Assembly: GCA_905178155.1 (NCBI GenBank)
Contig: CAJINV010000005.1
Coordinates: 4,873,369-4,937,368 of the forward strand
DNA length: 64,000 nucleotides
Origin: Amoebophrya sp. A120
Taxonomy: Eukaryota; Protista; Dinoflagellata
Direction of reading: 5' to 3'
Part shown: piece after piece, positions 36,616-48,679 of the stretch
Layout: the number at the start of each line of letters is the position of its first letter
Numbering within the stretch: position 1 is the stretch's first letter
Translations under genes and position numbers: made by a program
The notes under the pieces: generated by a model
The model's database searches: none
Told to the model about the DNA's origin: nothing
What the model saw: the letters and a program-made list of their open reading frames with translations, nothing else

Positions 36616-39532
36616 TGTCCACAGCGGTGCGGGAAGTTGCTTTTCTGAAAGGCGATTGTTACGTCGGAAGGTTTCCAAAATTTTTACCTCCGGTCGCTAC
36701 TGCAACTTGTGCTTTACCTCTTTCATGCGAACCAGGTTACCGGGCTGCAGCCACGGGTACTTCTCCACGTCGGTTTTGGCGTGCCTCTTCTCTCCGCTCT
36801 GCCGCGCCTTCCGATTCTTCATGAACTTTTGCTGTTTCAAGTTTGCGAGAAGTGTTATAAAGAGTGAATAAATAATCTCCACCAGACAGAAATGATCTTG
36901 TTTCACTGGACCAATTACCCAGGGAAATTGAATTTTCCACCTGAAAGGAAAGCCGGTCGTGAAGACGTCTCCCTCAACTATCAGAGCATGCATGTTTTTT
37001 AATAATTTACCGCCACGCGGCGAAAGCGAAAGTCAAGGCACACTGTTCTTCTGGGGAAGATTTTCTTCTAGATAATCTTCAGTGCGTTCTTTGCCGAAGT
37101 GCCGAAAAAGCGCGGAGCAAATAGCGTCGGAGTTGTGGGCCTGCCCGCTGCTGCCTCTGCAAGTCGTCCGCTCGGCAGGGCCGTAACTGTGTGCGTGTAA
37201 CAGCCGGTCGTAAAAAGGAAAACGGGGCCGAGTGAAGAAGAGCACCCGGCGGTTTTCAAATGCCGAACCGCTTGCGACCCGAGTTGTCCTGCCACTAAGC
37301 CGCGCGGAAACGCAAGGCGTTCGGTGGCGAGATGGGAACTTCTTCCGAGCGGGGCTCTTTGCGCTCGTGGACAAGTGCGGGAGAAAAAAACGCTCGCCGG
37401 GCCGATCGGTGTTCGTCGCAGGGAGAAAAAAAAATCTTGCCGCGCCAGGGATGACATGTCTGTTTCTCTCAAGATCGAAGGGAGAACGGATAAATAGATT
37501 GTTACATTCTCGCTCCACACGCAGCCGGTAAGGTTTTTAAACGCGCGGGGTTGAAAATAGCCCGTAGGCATCGACGTCGCGGGGCACCGGTGACCTACAT
37601 GCATCTTCTCTCGGTAGAAAAAGCAAAGGTCCGGCATCTCCGACGCGCATGCCTCCTCTCTTGGTGGTTAGTGATGTCTACTCTCTAATACCCCGCAGCA
37701 GGATCTGCGTCACTCGGTGAGTGCGCGACGTAGACAGCCCACCCTGTATGCACGGAACGTTATTCGGGCCCCGATAGACCTAATCGCGGCGCCGCGCGTG
37801 CGGGCGCGTTTTTTATGAGCGCCCGCACGGGCCCTGCGTTCAACGCGACGGCCCGAGGCCGAGACCGGGACGCCGTGCACACTTGGCCCGGTGCGCGCAG
37901 AAGTGCATCCGAAGGCGGGACGAACCGCGCGGACCCCTTGAAGAATGACAAATGCAAAACCGCGGACCGGATCGGGTGCGGGCGCAAGAAAAGTTCGAGA
38001 ACGCGAGTGCCGCGGCCATTAAAAAGCCAAAAGAGCCAGGCGGGCTGCCGCCCGGAGATTAACCGCCAAAGGATGGGACTCATGCGCGCCAATGTCCATC
38101 AGGCTCTGCACATCGGGGCAAGCGAAGCGCAATGGCGCCCGGCGCGCGCCTGTGGAGGCGCATTTCCGAATGGCGCAAAGAGCGCGCTCATGCCTGAGGG
38201 CCCGAAACGGCGGCAGGGGCGGGGGAAGGGGGGGAACGGAATCGGGGAAGGGGTGCGAAGTGGCGCCATTTTCGAAGGGGTTGCGGAATCTGACCATCTG
38301 GGCCTTCCTATGCGTTTTCGGATTTTTCGAAAATGATTAGGATCCCAGTGCGGGGGATTTCATCTGCCATACTTAATGGATAGGGGTCGGAGGCCCATAG
38401 GTAAGGCGACCAGACCCATAGGAGGTCACTTGAAAGCACAGACCTGACTTAGAGGATTTTTAGTGAATTTTTTGAAATTTACAATATGGAGTAGCAACTG
38501 CAAAAGTGGACGCAATCCAAGTAAGCATATGCCAACAATCCGCAAAATACTATTTACAGAGTCCATCGCTGGTAGTCCATAGCTCAAATATGGCCACGCT
38601 CCGATGCGATGACTTTTTTTGATTTTTTTCAGATTTTTTAAGATGGGAGTAAATGCCTTAGAGTACAGAGCCACGAGATTTCTTTGCATATTATAAGCAT
38701 AGCAGGGCACTCTTGGAGCATTTTTCCACGCTTTGCGCTTATATTTTTCACGAAAAGCACCACAGTCACAATTTTTGCAATTTTTTCATATTTTATAAAA
38801 TGCAAGGAATGTGGATACTTTATCAACAGAATTGGCAATGTACTAAGAAAATCCAAAAAATATAGACTAGACGCCTCCTAGGTGTCACATTTGGAGGCTT
38901 AGTCCGCAGAGTTGTGATTTTTGAATTTTTTTGAAAATTTTTGACAAGTTCAAAACACAGCCAATACTCACTAAATTTGGCCAGATTCTGAATGTAACCG
39001 AAGCGAAATTATAGGAATGTGCTTGGTCCCTTTAGAAAATGCTTTTTGTACTCATTTTCTCAGAGGGCTGCCAATGTTCTCAATTTTTTGCATTTTTAAA
39101 AATTTCGGAAATTTTTTAGAAAGTGTCTGACCTGCAGGTATTTCACTAGTGAAAACCGCGCAAAAGTGAAATAACAAGCATCACATGTATTCAGTGTCTT
39201 CCTTTTTGGCGTTCTTGCGGTTTTTGCCAGAGTGCAGCATTTTTGAAATTTTTGGATTTTTTTAAAAAATTCACAAAAACCGCAACAATGCACTTAGTCC
39301 GTCGACGGTGATGGAAAGAGGGTGAATAACTATGTGAGAAACGTCAGGCATTCTGTATTTCTGTCCAGCCGTACAGGCTTAACACCCAACATGTCGGAAA
39401 TGGCCACGTGTCCACTTATGGACTTTTTTCAAAGGCTATTAGGAATGCCTCTCAGCATCGGATCAAGTGTAGACAAGGAAGAAAGGCTGCAGCCCCACAG
39501 GCAACGCGCTCCAGGCCTGTGCTTAGTACCGC

Positions 39533-39533
<1 letters not shown>

Positions 39534-39572
<39 letters not shown>
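39534..39572. repeat. Poly(C) homopolymer, 39 nt
   Basis: Direct reading. Confidence 0.95.
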
Positions 39573-39575
<3 letters not shown>

Positions 39576-39658
39576 CAAGCCGGGCCCCTCCCGCCGGGTG
39601 CGGGCGCCCGCTTCCTGAAGCCCCGTTTCCTGAAGCCCCGCCCGATTCTAGGAGTTTA

Positions 39659-39721
39659 GTGCGATCGCAATGCCGCCCGGTGCGATCGCAATGCCGCCCG
39701 GTGCGATCCCAATGCCGCCCG
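39659..39721. repeat. 21-bp tandem repeat x3 (GTGCGATCGCAATGCCGCCCG)
   Basis: Direct reading. Confidence 0.95.
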
Positions 39722-40274
39722 CCTAGGCGGCTGCGTTACGCCCCGGCGTCGGAAACGAAACGTAAGAAGCCGCATGCGCGGGCGCGCCGATCCTACGACG
39801 CTCCCATGCAGCAGGCCTTCGGGGTTCCGCGGCCTTTTTTTCATATGTAGTGACACTTTTCTTACTTGCCCCCTGTGCATCATGCGAGAAGGCTTTCAGC
39901 GTGCGTGCGGATGGGGCTTGCCACTGTCTAAATTTCACTTCGAGTGCTGGTCAGCGAAGATGAAAACTTGAGCAGGAAAAGGGTGAGGGACGACGAGCGA
40001 AAGGTTGAGTGGACTCTGTTTTCCACCGCGCGTCCGGCTTTTCGAGCGAGTGTGTACGGAATCACCAAGCGCAGCAGCTCCCGAGCGATCGCAGCTGTGA
40101 TAAGTACAAGTACTGCCGGGGCCAGGGCCCCCCGCGGGTTTTCTATCTCCTCTCTCCTGCCCTCGTACGGGGGGGTAAGTAAGTAGCAGCTACGGCAGGA
40201 CGCAGATTTATTTGCGGGCGGAGTCGCGGGGGTTCTTTCAAATTTCGTTGAACCATTCGCGTGTGGGAAAAAAA

Positions 40275-43200
40275 ATGGACTTTGACCAGTTTGACACGGA
40301 AGAGCTGGACCAGCTCGACATCAACGCGCTGCGGGAGGGCATCCTTCAGCTGATCGGCGACCGGCACAAAAAGCGGGAGGCGCATATCAAATGCAAAAGT
40401 GTCTGGGTCTGGAAGAGTACAACTTGGCATGCTAAATCTGAACCATACAAAAATCTGTGTTGCATGATTACCAATTATAAAGCTGTTCACTTTTGAGAAG
40501 GCAGTGAGGTAGTTTCTCATGCGGAAAAGGCATGGTGAAGATCTTGCAGAATCTGTGCTGCTAGGGCATGCATCACAGACCTCACGCGTCATGCGAAACG
40601 TGCATGACTAACGTTGCACTTTTCCAGACCCCGACACTTTTACACTTGATAGCGCAGGAGCGGATACAGGAGAAGATCCGGGCCCTGAACAGCGAGCTCG
40701 CTATGAGAGTGCACAACTCCCCCTCCCCCTCATTTGTATAGCATGAACGGCAATAGAAGCGTCAGCAAGGCTGCCGGTTTTGCATGGCAAATTTGCACAG
40801 GAGAGCAGTACTATTTGTGCTGCCGGAATCTGTCATGCAAACAGTGCCACAAGGCAGCGCCTGAGTTTGGAGTTTTGCATGACAAATGAGGGGGAGGGGG
40901 GGTTGTGCATTGTCATACCTGCGGCCAGGCAGGTAGAAGGCGATGAACTCGCGGAGGAGTTGGAGGATGTGCGGGCCTATCAAATGCAAAAATGTCTGGG
41001 TCTGGAAGAGCCAAACTTGTGATGCTGCATTTGGATGCTAAAAAAATCTGTATTGCATGAGCAGCAAGAGGAGTCAAATTTGGCTACGCGGAGAGGGCAT
41101 TGGTCATGCAGGATCCGCATCGATAGGCGCTCAAAAAATCTGTGATGCTATGGCATACATCACAGACATCATGGATCATGGAAAATGTGCATGACAAACT
41201 TCTCCTCTTCCAGACGCAGACATTTTTACATTTGATAGGGCCGAGAACACGAGGAAACTCAAGTCCATCAACATCAACACGGACTCGGGTGTATGATCCT
41301 GTGCAAAAGTTGTACCCTCGTTGTTGAAAACCATACGAATTGCAGTCTTGCATGACAGATCTGCTTTGCTTGCCTCAAGCAGCATGACAAATCAGTTTTG
41401 GAAGATCAAAACTTGTTGTCCCCGTTGCGCAGGCGTGGTGCTTTTGCAATGCATACCGTTCGGGAGACATCATGGCCATGGACTTTGACCAGCTGGAGGA
41501 GATTCGTCAGATCTTGTTCGGCGAATTGCAAAAGCTCGCGGGGTCGAAATTTGATCCGAGTGAGGACATCACGAAAATCGAACCAGATGAAACCGAGCTC
41601 ATGGTGGAAAAGGACGATCCGTCCAAGGAGCAGTCCATAGTCGACACAGTGCTGGTCCTGTTCCACCCAACAGAAGATCCCGAGGGACAGGTATTCACGC
41701 AAACCTACCGAACTACCGAGTCGACCACGGTGAAGCAACTTTTGCGCGACGCCTGCAAATACTGGGCCGTCAGCACGGAGGAGTTTGTTCTGAAGACCGT
41801 CGGCTACAACGCCAAAGTGCAGGGGTCGATGCAGGTGACGCAGGTTTTCCGACCGGGGGAGCTTAGCCAGCTGGTGCTGATGAAGAAGAACCCGAAGAAC
41901 GTCTTCGTTTCCGAAGCGGAAAAGCGGGCGTGCTTACCGAAGAAGGGGCGCGGCGCTGCGGGCGCTGCCGGGGCGGTGGAGAAGAAAGACAAGGACGAGG
42001 ACGACGCCCCTGTGTACAAGAAAGAAAAGCCGTTTTTGGAGCAGCTGAACCAGATATGAGAGTGCACAACTCCCCCTCCCCCTCATTTGTCATGCAAAAT
42101 ACCGAATGCACTCTGTGCCCTTTTGGATTGTTAGCATGACAGATTCTGGCAGCCAAAAGACCACTACAATCCTGTGAAAATTTGTCATGCAAAAGCTGTT
42201 CATGCAATGCAAATGAGGGGGAGGGGAGGGCTGTGCACTCTCATACCAGTTTCCAGGGTTGCGGGAAACCTTACTGCAGAAAGACTTGTCGGTCTACCAC
42301 GAACCCGAGAAGTGCCGGGACTGCTTCGGGTTTTTCCTCCTAGTGCTCTTTTCGTTTTTACTGATCTACCTCGGCTACGCATTGCAAATATGTCTGGGTC
42401 TGGAGGGTTGGAACTTGTAATGCTAAATCTGAATCATGCAAAAAATTTGTGTTGCGTGATTTCCAACAGCCGCCTCTTTTTACCAAGTTGAGAGGGAATT
42501 TCTCATGCAGGATAGGCATGATAGAGATCTCACAGAATTTGTCATGCTAGGCACTGCATTTCGGACCTCATGGGTTATAGAAAACCTGCATGACAAATCT
42601 GGCATCCTTCCAGACCCGAATATGTTTGCATTTGATATCGACCGGGATTTCCAGAAGGAATTTTTCCTCGCGGAGGACGTGCGCGCTATTTTGGTCGACA
42701 AGTTGCAGCTCTTATCCTGTGTAAAAACGTACCCACCCCAGAGTTGTCATGCAAATCTGCATGCTCAAAATGTTTGCCATGCGGAGCCCCATGCGAAGCA
42801 TTTTCTGGTCGTGTTTTGGAATTTGCAATGCGCCAATGAGCATGATATACTAGCTCTGTGATGCTGCTGAAACAGCACTACACTGCAACTCCAAATTTGT
42901 CATGCAAAACAGCCAAAACTCGTGGATTTGTCTAGCCGATTCCCCATCTTGACTATGGGGTGGGGACGTTTCTACATAGGATAACTCTACCGCATCGCCA
43001 CCAGCGACGACTACTTCAGCTATCTGAGAAGCCTCGAGCTCGAGTTATGCACTGCAACAGTGTCGTACTCGTACTAAAACTAATTGCGGCTATGCATGAC
43101 AAGTCTTCTTCTTAAGGTAAAAGAGCAAGACAAGTTCCATTTGTCATGCCGAGCAAATTTGTAATTGCAATAGCTACAAGTGCGATACTGTTGCAATGCA

Positions 43201-46200
43201 TAGGAACTCACCAACAACGACTTGTTCAACCACTTCTCCGTGCCCGTCGGCTATCTGCGCTTACGCCAGCATATGCGAGAGAAAAAAGCAGGTAAGACAT
43301 ATTTGCAATGCAAAAATACCTACGCAAAAAAAATCTGTATTGCATATCCTGAACAGCATACTATGGGGCCGCCCATGACAGATTTTTCTGTGTATTTATT
43401 TTTGCATTACTACCTTCTTTTTTCTGTGTGATACAGCAGCGCGTCCTGGACGCGATCCGCGGCGGGGAACTACTCGACGACGCAGCCGAGGTGTGTGTGT
43501 TAAAACGGGGCCGAATAGCAAGGCAGGGGGTCTGTCCCGCACGGTACGTGAACGAGGACAGCGCGGACAAGGGGAACATATGCATTGCAAATATGTTGTC
43601 TGGGTCTGGAAGCAGGATCCAAACTTGCCATGCTAAATCCGAATCGGACAAAAAACTGTGTTGCATGATCCGCAGAAGTTACAGACATCTTGCCACAGAG
43701 AAGGCAAACTTCTCATGCGGAACAAGCATTAAGAATAAGTTCAAGAAGCTCTGGTAAAATTTGTGATGCTTCTGGGTGCATTCCAGACCATCTTTGTGGT
43801 CCACGAGATGCATGACAAACGTTGCTCTCTTTCAGGAGACCCAGACGTAGTTGCACTGGATAAAACACGATTACCAACGAGTGGATTGCGTACGCGAACT
43901 TTGACAACGGGGTTACCGGGGTATGCATTGCAAATATGTCTGGGTCTGGAAGAATGCAATTTTGTCATGCTTGTCTCACACTACAGTTGCATCTGTAATG
44001 CATCAGCAGGAAAAAGACCACTTGCCTGTCATGCAGGAGTGCAGTTTGCCATGCGGAAAGCGAAACACAAAGGAGCCCAGAAACTTGTCATGCTTGGCTG
44101 CGTATTGCAGTGCGCCCATCATTCACAGATTTGCATCACAAATCTCCAGACCCAGACATGTTGGCAGTTGATACGGGGTCACCAATTACAACACCAGTCT
44201 GCTTCTGACAAGCAAAGCGGGCAACGAGTCGCTGATCACCACAGCGGATTACAACCGGTTTTTACAGTCGGAACCGGCATATGCATCGCAAATCTGTCTG
44301 GGTCTGGAAAGGTTGAGCCTGTATTGCGTGTCCAGGATTCCAGAAAATTCTGTATTGCATGAAAGCAACAGACGCACCACGATTTCCTCATGAAGAAGCA
44401 GAGTTTGTAATGCGCGCTCAGCATGAAAAAGCGATTAAAAAATTTGTCATGCTACAGTGCACTGAAAGGCGCACTCGCTCACGACCATTCAGCATTACAG
44501 GTTTCCAGACCCAGACATATTTGCATTCCATACCGCAGAGTACTTCCGCGACCTACTGTACCACGGGCATGCGGATTATCAACTGCAAATATCCACCCTG
44601 GATGTCCGGAAGAATCCAACTTGTGATGCTGTCTTTGGATTCCAAAAAAAGTCTGTGTTGCAACATGACCAGCAAGAGGAGTCCAGCTTGTGCTACGTGG
44701 CGAGGGCATTTCTCATGCGGAAGAGGCATCAACAAGGAAAAGGATTCTAAAAATCGGTGATGCTAGGGCATACATCACAGACAAGCATGGGTCATGTAGA
44801 ATATGCATGAGAAACCTGGCAATCTTCCAGATCCAGACATATTTGCATTCCATACGGATTCCTTATCGACAACGAGTGCGAATACACACACCCTCGCCCT
44901 CCAGCAGTCGACGTCAGTGGTGGAAAATCTTCTGAACCTCAATCCGACTTTGAAAGCGCAGTGGGAACTCCGGGGGCGGAGAAGAAGGACGCAGACAACA
45001 GGAACTACAAGCGAGTACATCTACGTCGACCCGCCCTGGCTTTCCATGTTCCTCACGGGAGGTGCATCACCGACAGGGAGCTTGCCCACTACGACTTCCT
45101 TATCGAAAAGAAAAGAAGACCCCTTCACCTTTGTCTCCGCGGAGCAGGCCGTCGCGTCCTCTGCTGATGTAGATTACGAAGCGACCGACGGGCTCGTGCA
45201 ATCCTCATACGACGCATCGGGGTACCGAATCGACTGGCACATGGATTTCCTCCACGAAACCATGCGGTACGACTTGACAGACCTGCAGCGGGTGCAGTGG
45301 ATCGATACGTTTACGCGGTTATGAATTGCAAAAGTAAATCGCACTCGTACTAATTCTTGCAGATTTGCATCACAAATCCTCGCCTTCCTAATGTAAAACG
45401 GCATCACAAACTCCATCTGTCATGCTCAGGTGATGCAATTTCTGCTAGAAATGCGATATTTTTGCAATGCATAGCAGTTCTTGACCGTGAATTTCGTTTT
45501 GTACAACCCGTCGGACGATTATTTTATCAATGTCCAACTGAAAACAGAATTCCCCGCTACCAGCTCGGCAATAAACTCCGAATCCATCACGCCGATGCGA
45601 CCCAACGTGATGGAGACGGAGGATGAATTGGGAACGATGTGGCCGCTGGAACTGACCAGACTGCTCGTGACCATTCTCTTCGTGTACCCTGATGAAAAAA
45701 AAAAACCACCCCATAGTCAAGATGGGTATCTCGCAACACAAATCGAGAAGTCTTGGGAGTCAAGCATGACAAGTTCCTCTCTGTCGTGTAGTGCAATTTA
45801 GCAAGTACAGCCGCAACACAAATCCATCTAGTCATCCTGTTTACAGCATTACAAAGTCCAAAACACGATGGGAAATGCCTCTCTAGGGGATGCGCATTAC
45901 AAATCTTTCTGTAACTGCAAATCTGCATGACAAGTATGGGGTGCGGACGTTTTCACTCAGCATATCGTGGGCTGCTACATCATTCCCAAGCACATCGGGA
46001 TTTTCTGGGCCCCCCCGGCCAACCGCGCAGTCGTGTGGGCGATCAAGGGCCCGGAGCTGAAGCTGCAACACAAGTATCAAATGCAAATATGTCTGGGTCT
46101 GGAAGAGTGCAAACTTCTCATGCATATTTTCCATGCCCCATGAGGTTTGGAATGCAGGCCCTAGCGTGACAGGTTCTGCGACGTCCCTATCATGCCTATC

Positions 46201-48679
46201 CTGCGTGACAAACTGCCTCTAAACTTGTTCAAAACTGGACAGCTTTTGGTAGTCATGCAACACAAATTTTTGCACGATCCAGACTTAGCATGACAAGTTC
46301 GCATCCTCCCAGACCCAGACATATTTGCAATGCATAACAAGTTCGCCGACTATATTTTTTCTTTTCGCGGGGCGCTGGACTTCGCCATTCTGATCGTGAC
46401 ATTTATTCTGTTCATCACCAAATACACGACGTTCGCGAATCTAAAAACCTACAACGACACAACCGCATCAACGGAAACGACCACCACGACAATAGCCGCG
46501 AGCGGATATGGCGAGGAAAATAAATCCCCCCTCCCCATATTGACACGGTACGTTTTCGAAAATTAGTGTTGCTGATTTGTGGCCACAGATCGCGTCTGTC
46601 TTGCAAGAAGGCAACTCCACAGACAGCCGCCGCATTTTGCAGGCGGTTTGTCATGCTGCCGGGCCCACAGCGCGGAGGTTCTTCATGCTAAGCGCCTAGG
46701 CCAAAGCCTCTCTGCTCCGGCTTGATACGGCTCCGCAGTCCTCTCCAGCAAGACAAATCTGATTCGTGTACGCAAATCCAGCATGAGAAGCGTCGTTCTT
46801 TTATGGGGAGGGGGGAGCTTTCCTGTTGATAGCGGAACCACAGCAGCCGCCACTTCCACTGATGCAATGACGGAACAGGTAGACAGCTCCATATTGAGAG
46901 GAAAAGTCCCCCCTCCCCATATCAAAAAGGCATGCTTCCGAAAATTTGTCTTGCTGATTTGAGACCACAAATCACGCCTGTCTTGCAAGAAGACAAACGC
47001 AGAGGCTTCCGCGCCATTATGGAAGCGATTTGGCATGCTGTTCGGCCTAGAGGGCAGCCGTTTGTAATGCTAAGCACCTAGACCCAAATGTCCCGTGGTA
47101 GGCTGCGGATCTAGCTGCGATGCCGTATTGCAAGACAGCGCGCATTTGTGTACACAAATCATGCATCACGGATTTCCCATTTGATATGGGGTGGGGTCTT
47201 TTTTCATTTTGATACTCCACGACGGTTCTTTACCACCTGTTAAAAGGGGACTACGTCCAGCTTCCCGCAGATAGCTACAAACAGCTCGCCGTCTACGAGG
47301 GTTTGTTTTTCGCGTTGGCACTGTTGCGGTTAACCGGGAACTTAACCTCGCTGACCCGGCACGGCTACATCGCGTTGGAAACGCTGAAAACTTCCCTGGC
47401 GTTTGTCACACCGTGGTTTCTTGCGTTGTTGCTACCAATGTTCTTCTATGCATTGCAAAAGTATCGTATTAGTACAGATTGCATCACAGATTTTCTCAGA
47501 AAGAAAAATGGAATCTGTGATGCTGAGGCAGCTATAAAAAGTAGAATTGTCATGCAAGGTTGCAATTAGTACGAGTGCCATACTTTTGCAGTGCATATCT
47601 TCATCATCGCGCTACTCTTCCACGTCGCGTTCGGCTCGACGTGGGTGAACTACCGCACGTATTTATCATTTGAAAAAACGTCCCCACCCCAGAGTTGTGA
47701 TGCAGAATTGCATCTACAGAAACATTTGTAATCCGGGTCCCCATGAGAGGCATTTCTAGTCGTGATTGGAATTTGTAATGCTGGAACGAAACAGGATCAG
47801 CAGATGGATTTGTGATGCGGCTGTCCTTGCGAACCTGCACTACACTACGGACTGCAACTTGTCATGCGTGGCTCCCAAAAATTCTAGCTTTGTGTTGCTA
47901 AGTTCCCAACTTGACTATGGGGTGGGGACGTTTTTACTCAGGATAGTATTTTCAGTCGGTTTCCACCAGTTTCCGGCTGTTTAAAGGTCGGATGAGCAAC
48001 GGGGAAGAGTTGAAGTTCTACAATACGGACCGGTTAATGACGGCGATCGTGATGCTGTTTTTGTTCACGTTTGTACAGCAGTTGATCACGTTTCTAACCC
48101 TAGCGGTCATCCTCCATTTCTACCAGTTCTACTACACAATTCTCGGTGGGTATCGTACGAAAAAAGTGTTTCACTGCAAGAGTTTTGCGAGTTTTGCATT
48201 ACAAGTTCGGTACACATCATGACAAGGAAAACTTGCCATGCGAGGCTGCAAAAGGAAAACACAGCTAAAAACCACTTGTCTTGCATGTGTAGCAACACAA
48301 ACACTTCTACAATGCATTGTCTGCATTACAAGTTTCCAGTGAAGCCGTTTTTTCTTGCGATAGTGGCTACAGTTACCCAAACGTGCTGGAAGTAGCGCAG
48401 GCGCACGGGCAGGACCCGAGACGGAATTTGGCGAACACGATCAAATATTCAGAAAAGTACCAGTGGAACATAATCCAGTGGGCGGAGTACGCCTGCGTGC
48501 CCCCCTTGGCCGAAAAGATAAGATTGATGGTGGAGAAGAAGCCAAAAACAGTAGAAGAGGAGCTACTGGAGGAATCCCAGGCGTTGAAGGACGGAGATGT
48601 AGAGAAAGAGTCGGACGAACAGAGTGCAAAATCCGGGGAAATAGAGATAAATAGTCCTGTGAAACCGGCGGTGGCGTGA
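40275..48679 (+). CDS. Polycystin-2 (PKD2/TRPP)-like cation channel with an N-terminal coiled-coil extension
   Basis: Spliced motifs IATSDDYFSYL, PVGYLRLRQQRV...C...CPARY..ED, YDASGYRID, LQRVQWIDTFTR, VNFVLYNPSDDYF, followed by several TM helices. The gene contains 21 introners. Confidence 0.85.
40385..40651. mobile_element. Introner family A
   Basis: TIRs; TSD GCGCA. Confidence 0.95.
40702..40917. mobile_element. Introner family F
   Basis: TATGAGAGTGCACAACTCCCCCTCCCC TIR; TSD CTCGC/CCTGC. Confidence 0.9.
40978..41237. mobile_element. Introner family A
   Basis: TIRs; TSD GGGCC. Confidence 0.95.
41292..41455. mobile_element. Introner family C (degenerate)
   Basis: TGCAAAAG / CTTTTGCA TIR core; TSD decayed to GGGTG/CCGTT; removal plus 5 nt keeps the frame. 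Confidence 0.75.
42055..42245. mobile_element. Introner family F
   Basis: TIRs; TSD CCAGA/CCAGT. Confidence 0.93.
42376..42637. mobile_element. Introner family A
   Basis: TIRs; TSD TCGGC/TCGAC. Confidence 0.92.
42713..42983. mobile_element. Introner family B
   Basis: TIRs; TSD GCTCT/ACTCT. Confidence 0.93.
43046..43202. mobile_element. Introner family C variant
   Basis: TATGCACTGCAACAGTGTCG / CGATACTGTTGCAATGCATA; TSD decayed to CGAGT/GGAAC. Confidence 0.88.
43272..43433. mobile_element. Introner family J (single copy, largely palindromic)
   Basis: TATGCGAGAGAAAAAAGCAGGTA...TACCTTCTTTTTTCTGTGTGATA; TSD CAGCA; removal gives RLRQQRV. Confidence 0.9.
43579..43862. mobile_element. Introner family A
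   Basis: TIRs; TSD GAACA/AAACA. Confidence 0.9.
43922..44173. mobile_element. Introner family A
   Basis: TIRs; TSD CGGGG. Confidence 0.95.
44280..44532. mobile_element. Introner family A
   Basis: TIRs; TSD CGGCA/CCGCA. Confidence 0.93.
44577..44854. mobile_element. Introner family A
   Basis: TIRs; TSD CGGAT. Confidence 0.93.
45320..45473. mobile_element. Introner family C
   Basis: TIRs; TSD GCGGT/GCAGT. Confidence 0.9.
45685..45964. mobile_element. Introner family B
   Basis: TIRs; TSD TCGTG. Confidence 0.9.
46075..46336. mobile_element. Introner family A
   Basis: TIRs; TSD ACAAG. Confidence 0.95.
46507..46831. mobile_element. Introner family D
   Basis: TIRs; TSD GCGGA. Confidence 0.93.
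46892..47214. mobile_element. Introner family D
   Basis: TIRs; TSD CTCCA. Confidence 0.93.
47447..47597. mobile_element. Introner family C
   Basis: TIRs; TSD TCTTC. Confidence 0.95.
47664..47945. mobile_element. Introner family B
   Basis: TIRs; TSD GTATT. Confidence 0.95.
48151..48362. mobile_element. Introner family H-like
   Basis: TATCGTACGAAAAAAGTGTTTCACTG / CAGTGAAGCCGTTTTTTCTTGCGATA; TSD GTGGG/GTGGC. Confidence 0.9.

Noticed and set aside
40385-48362. CRISPR-like array of repeats with unique spacers
   Set aside because: The repeats are paired inverted termini of 130-330-bp elements, the spacers are exons of one eukaryotic gene, and there are no cas genes.
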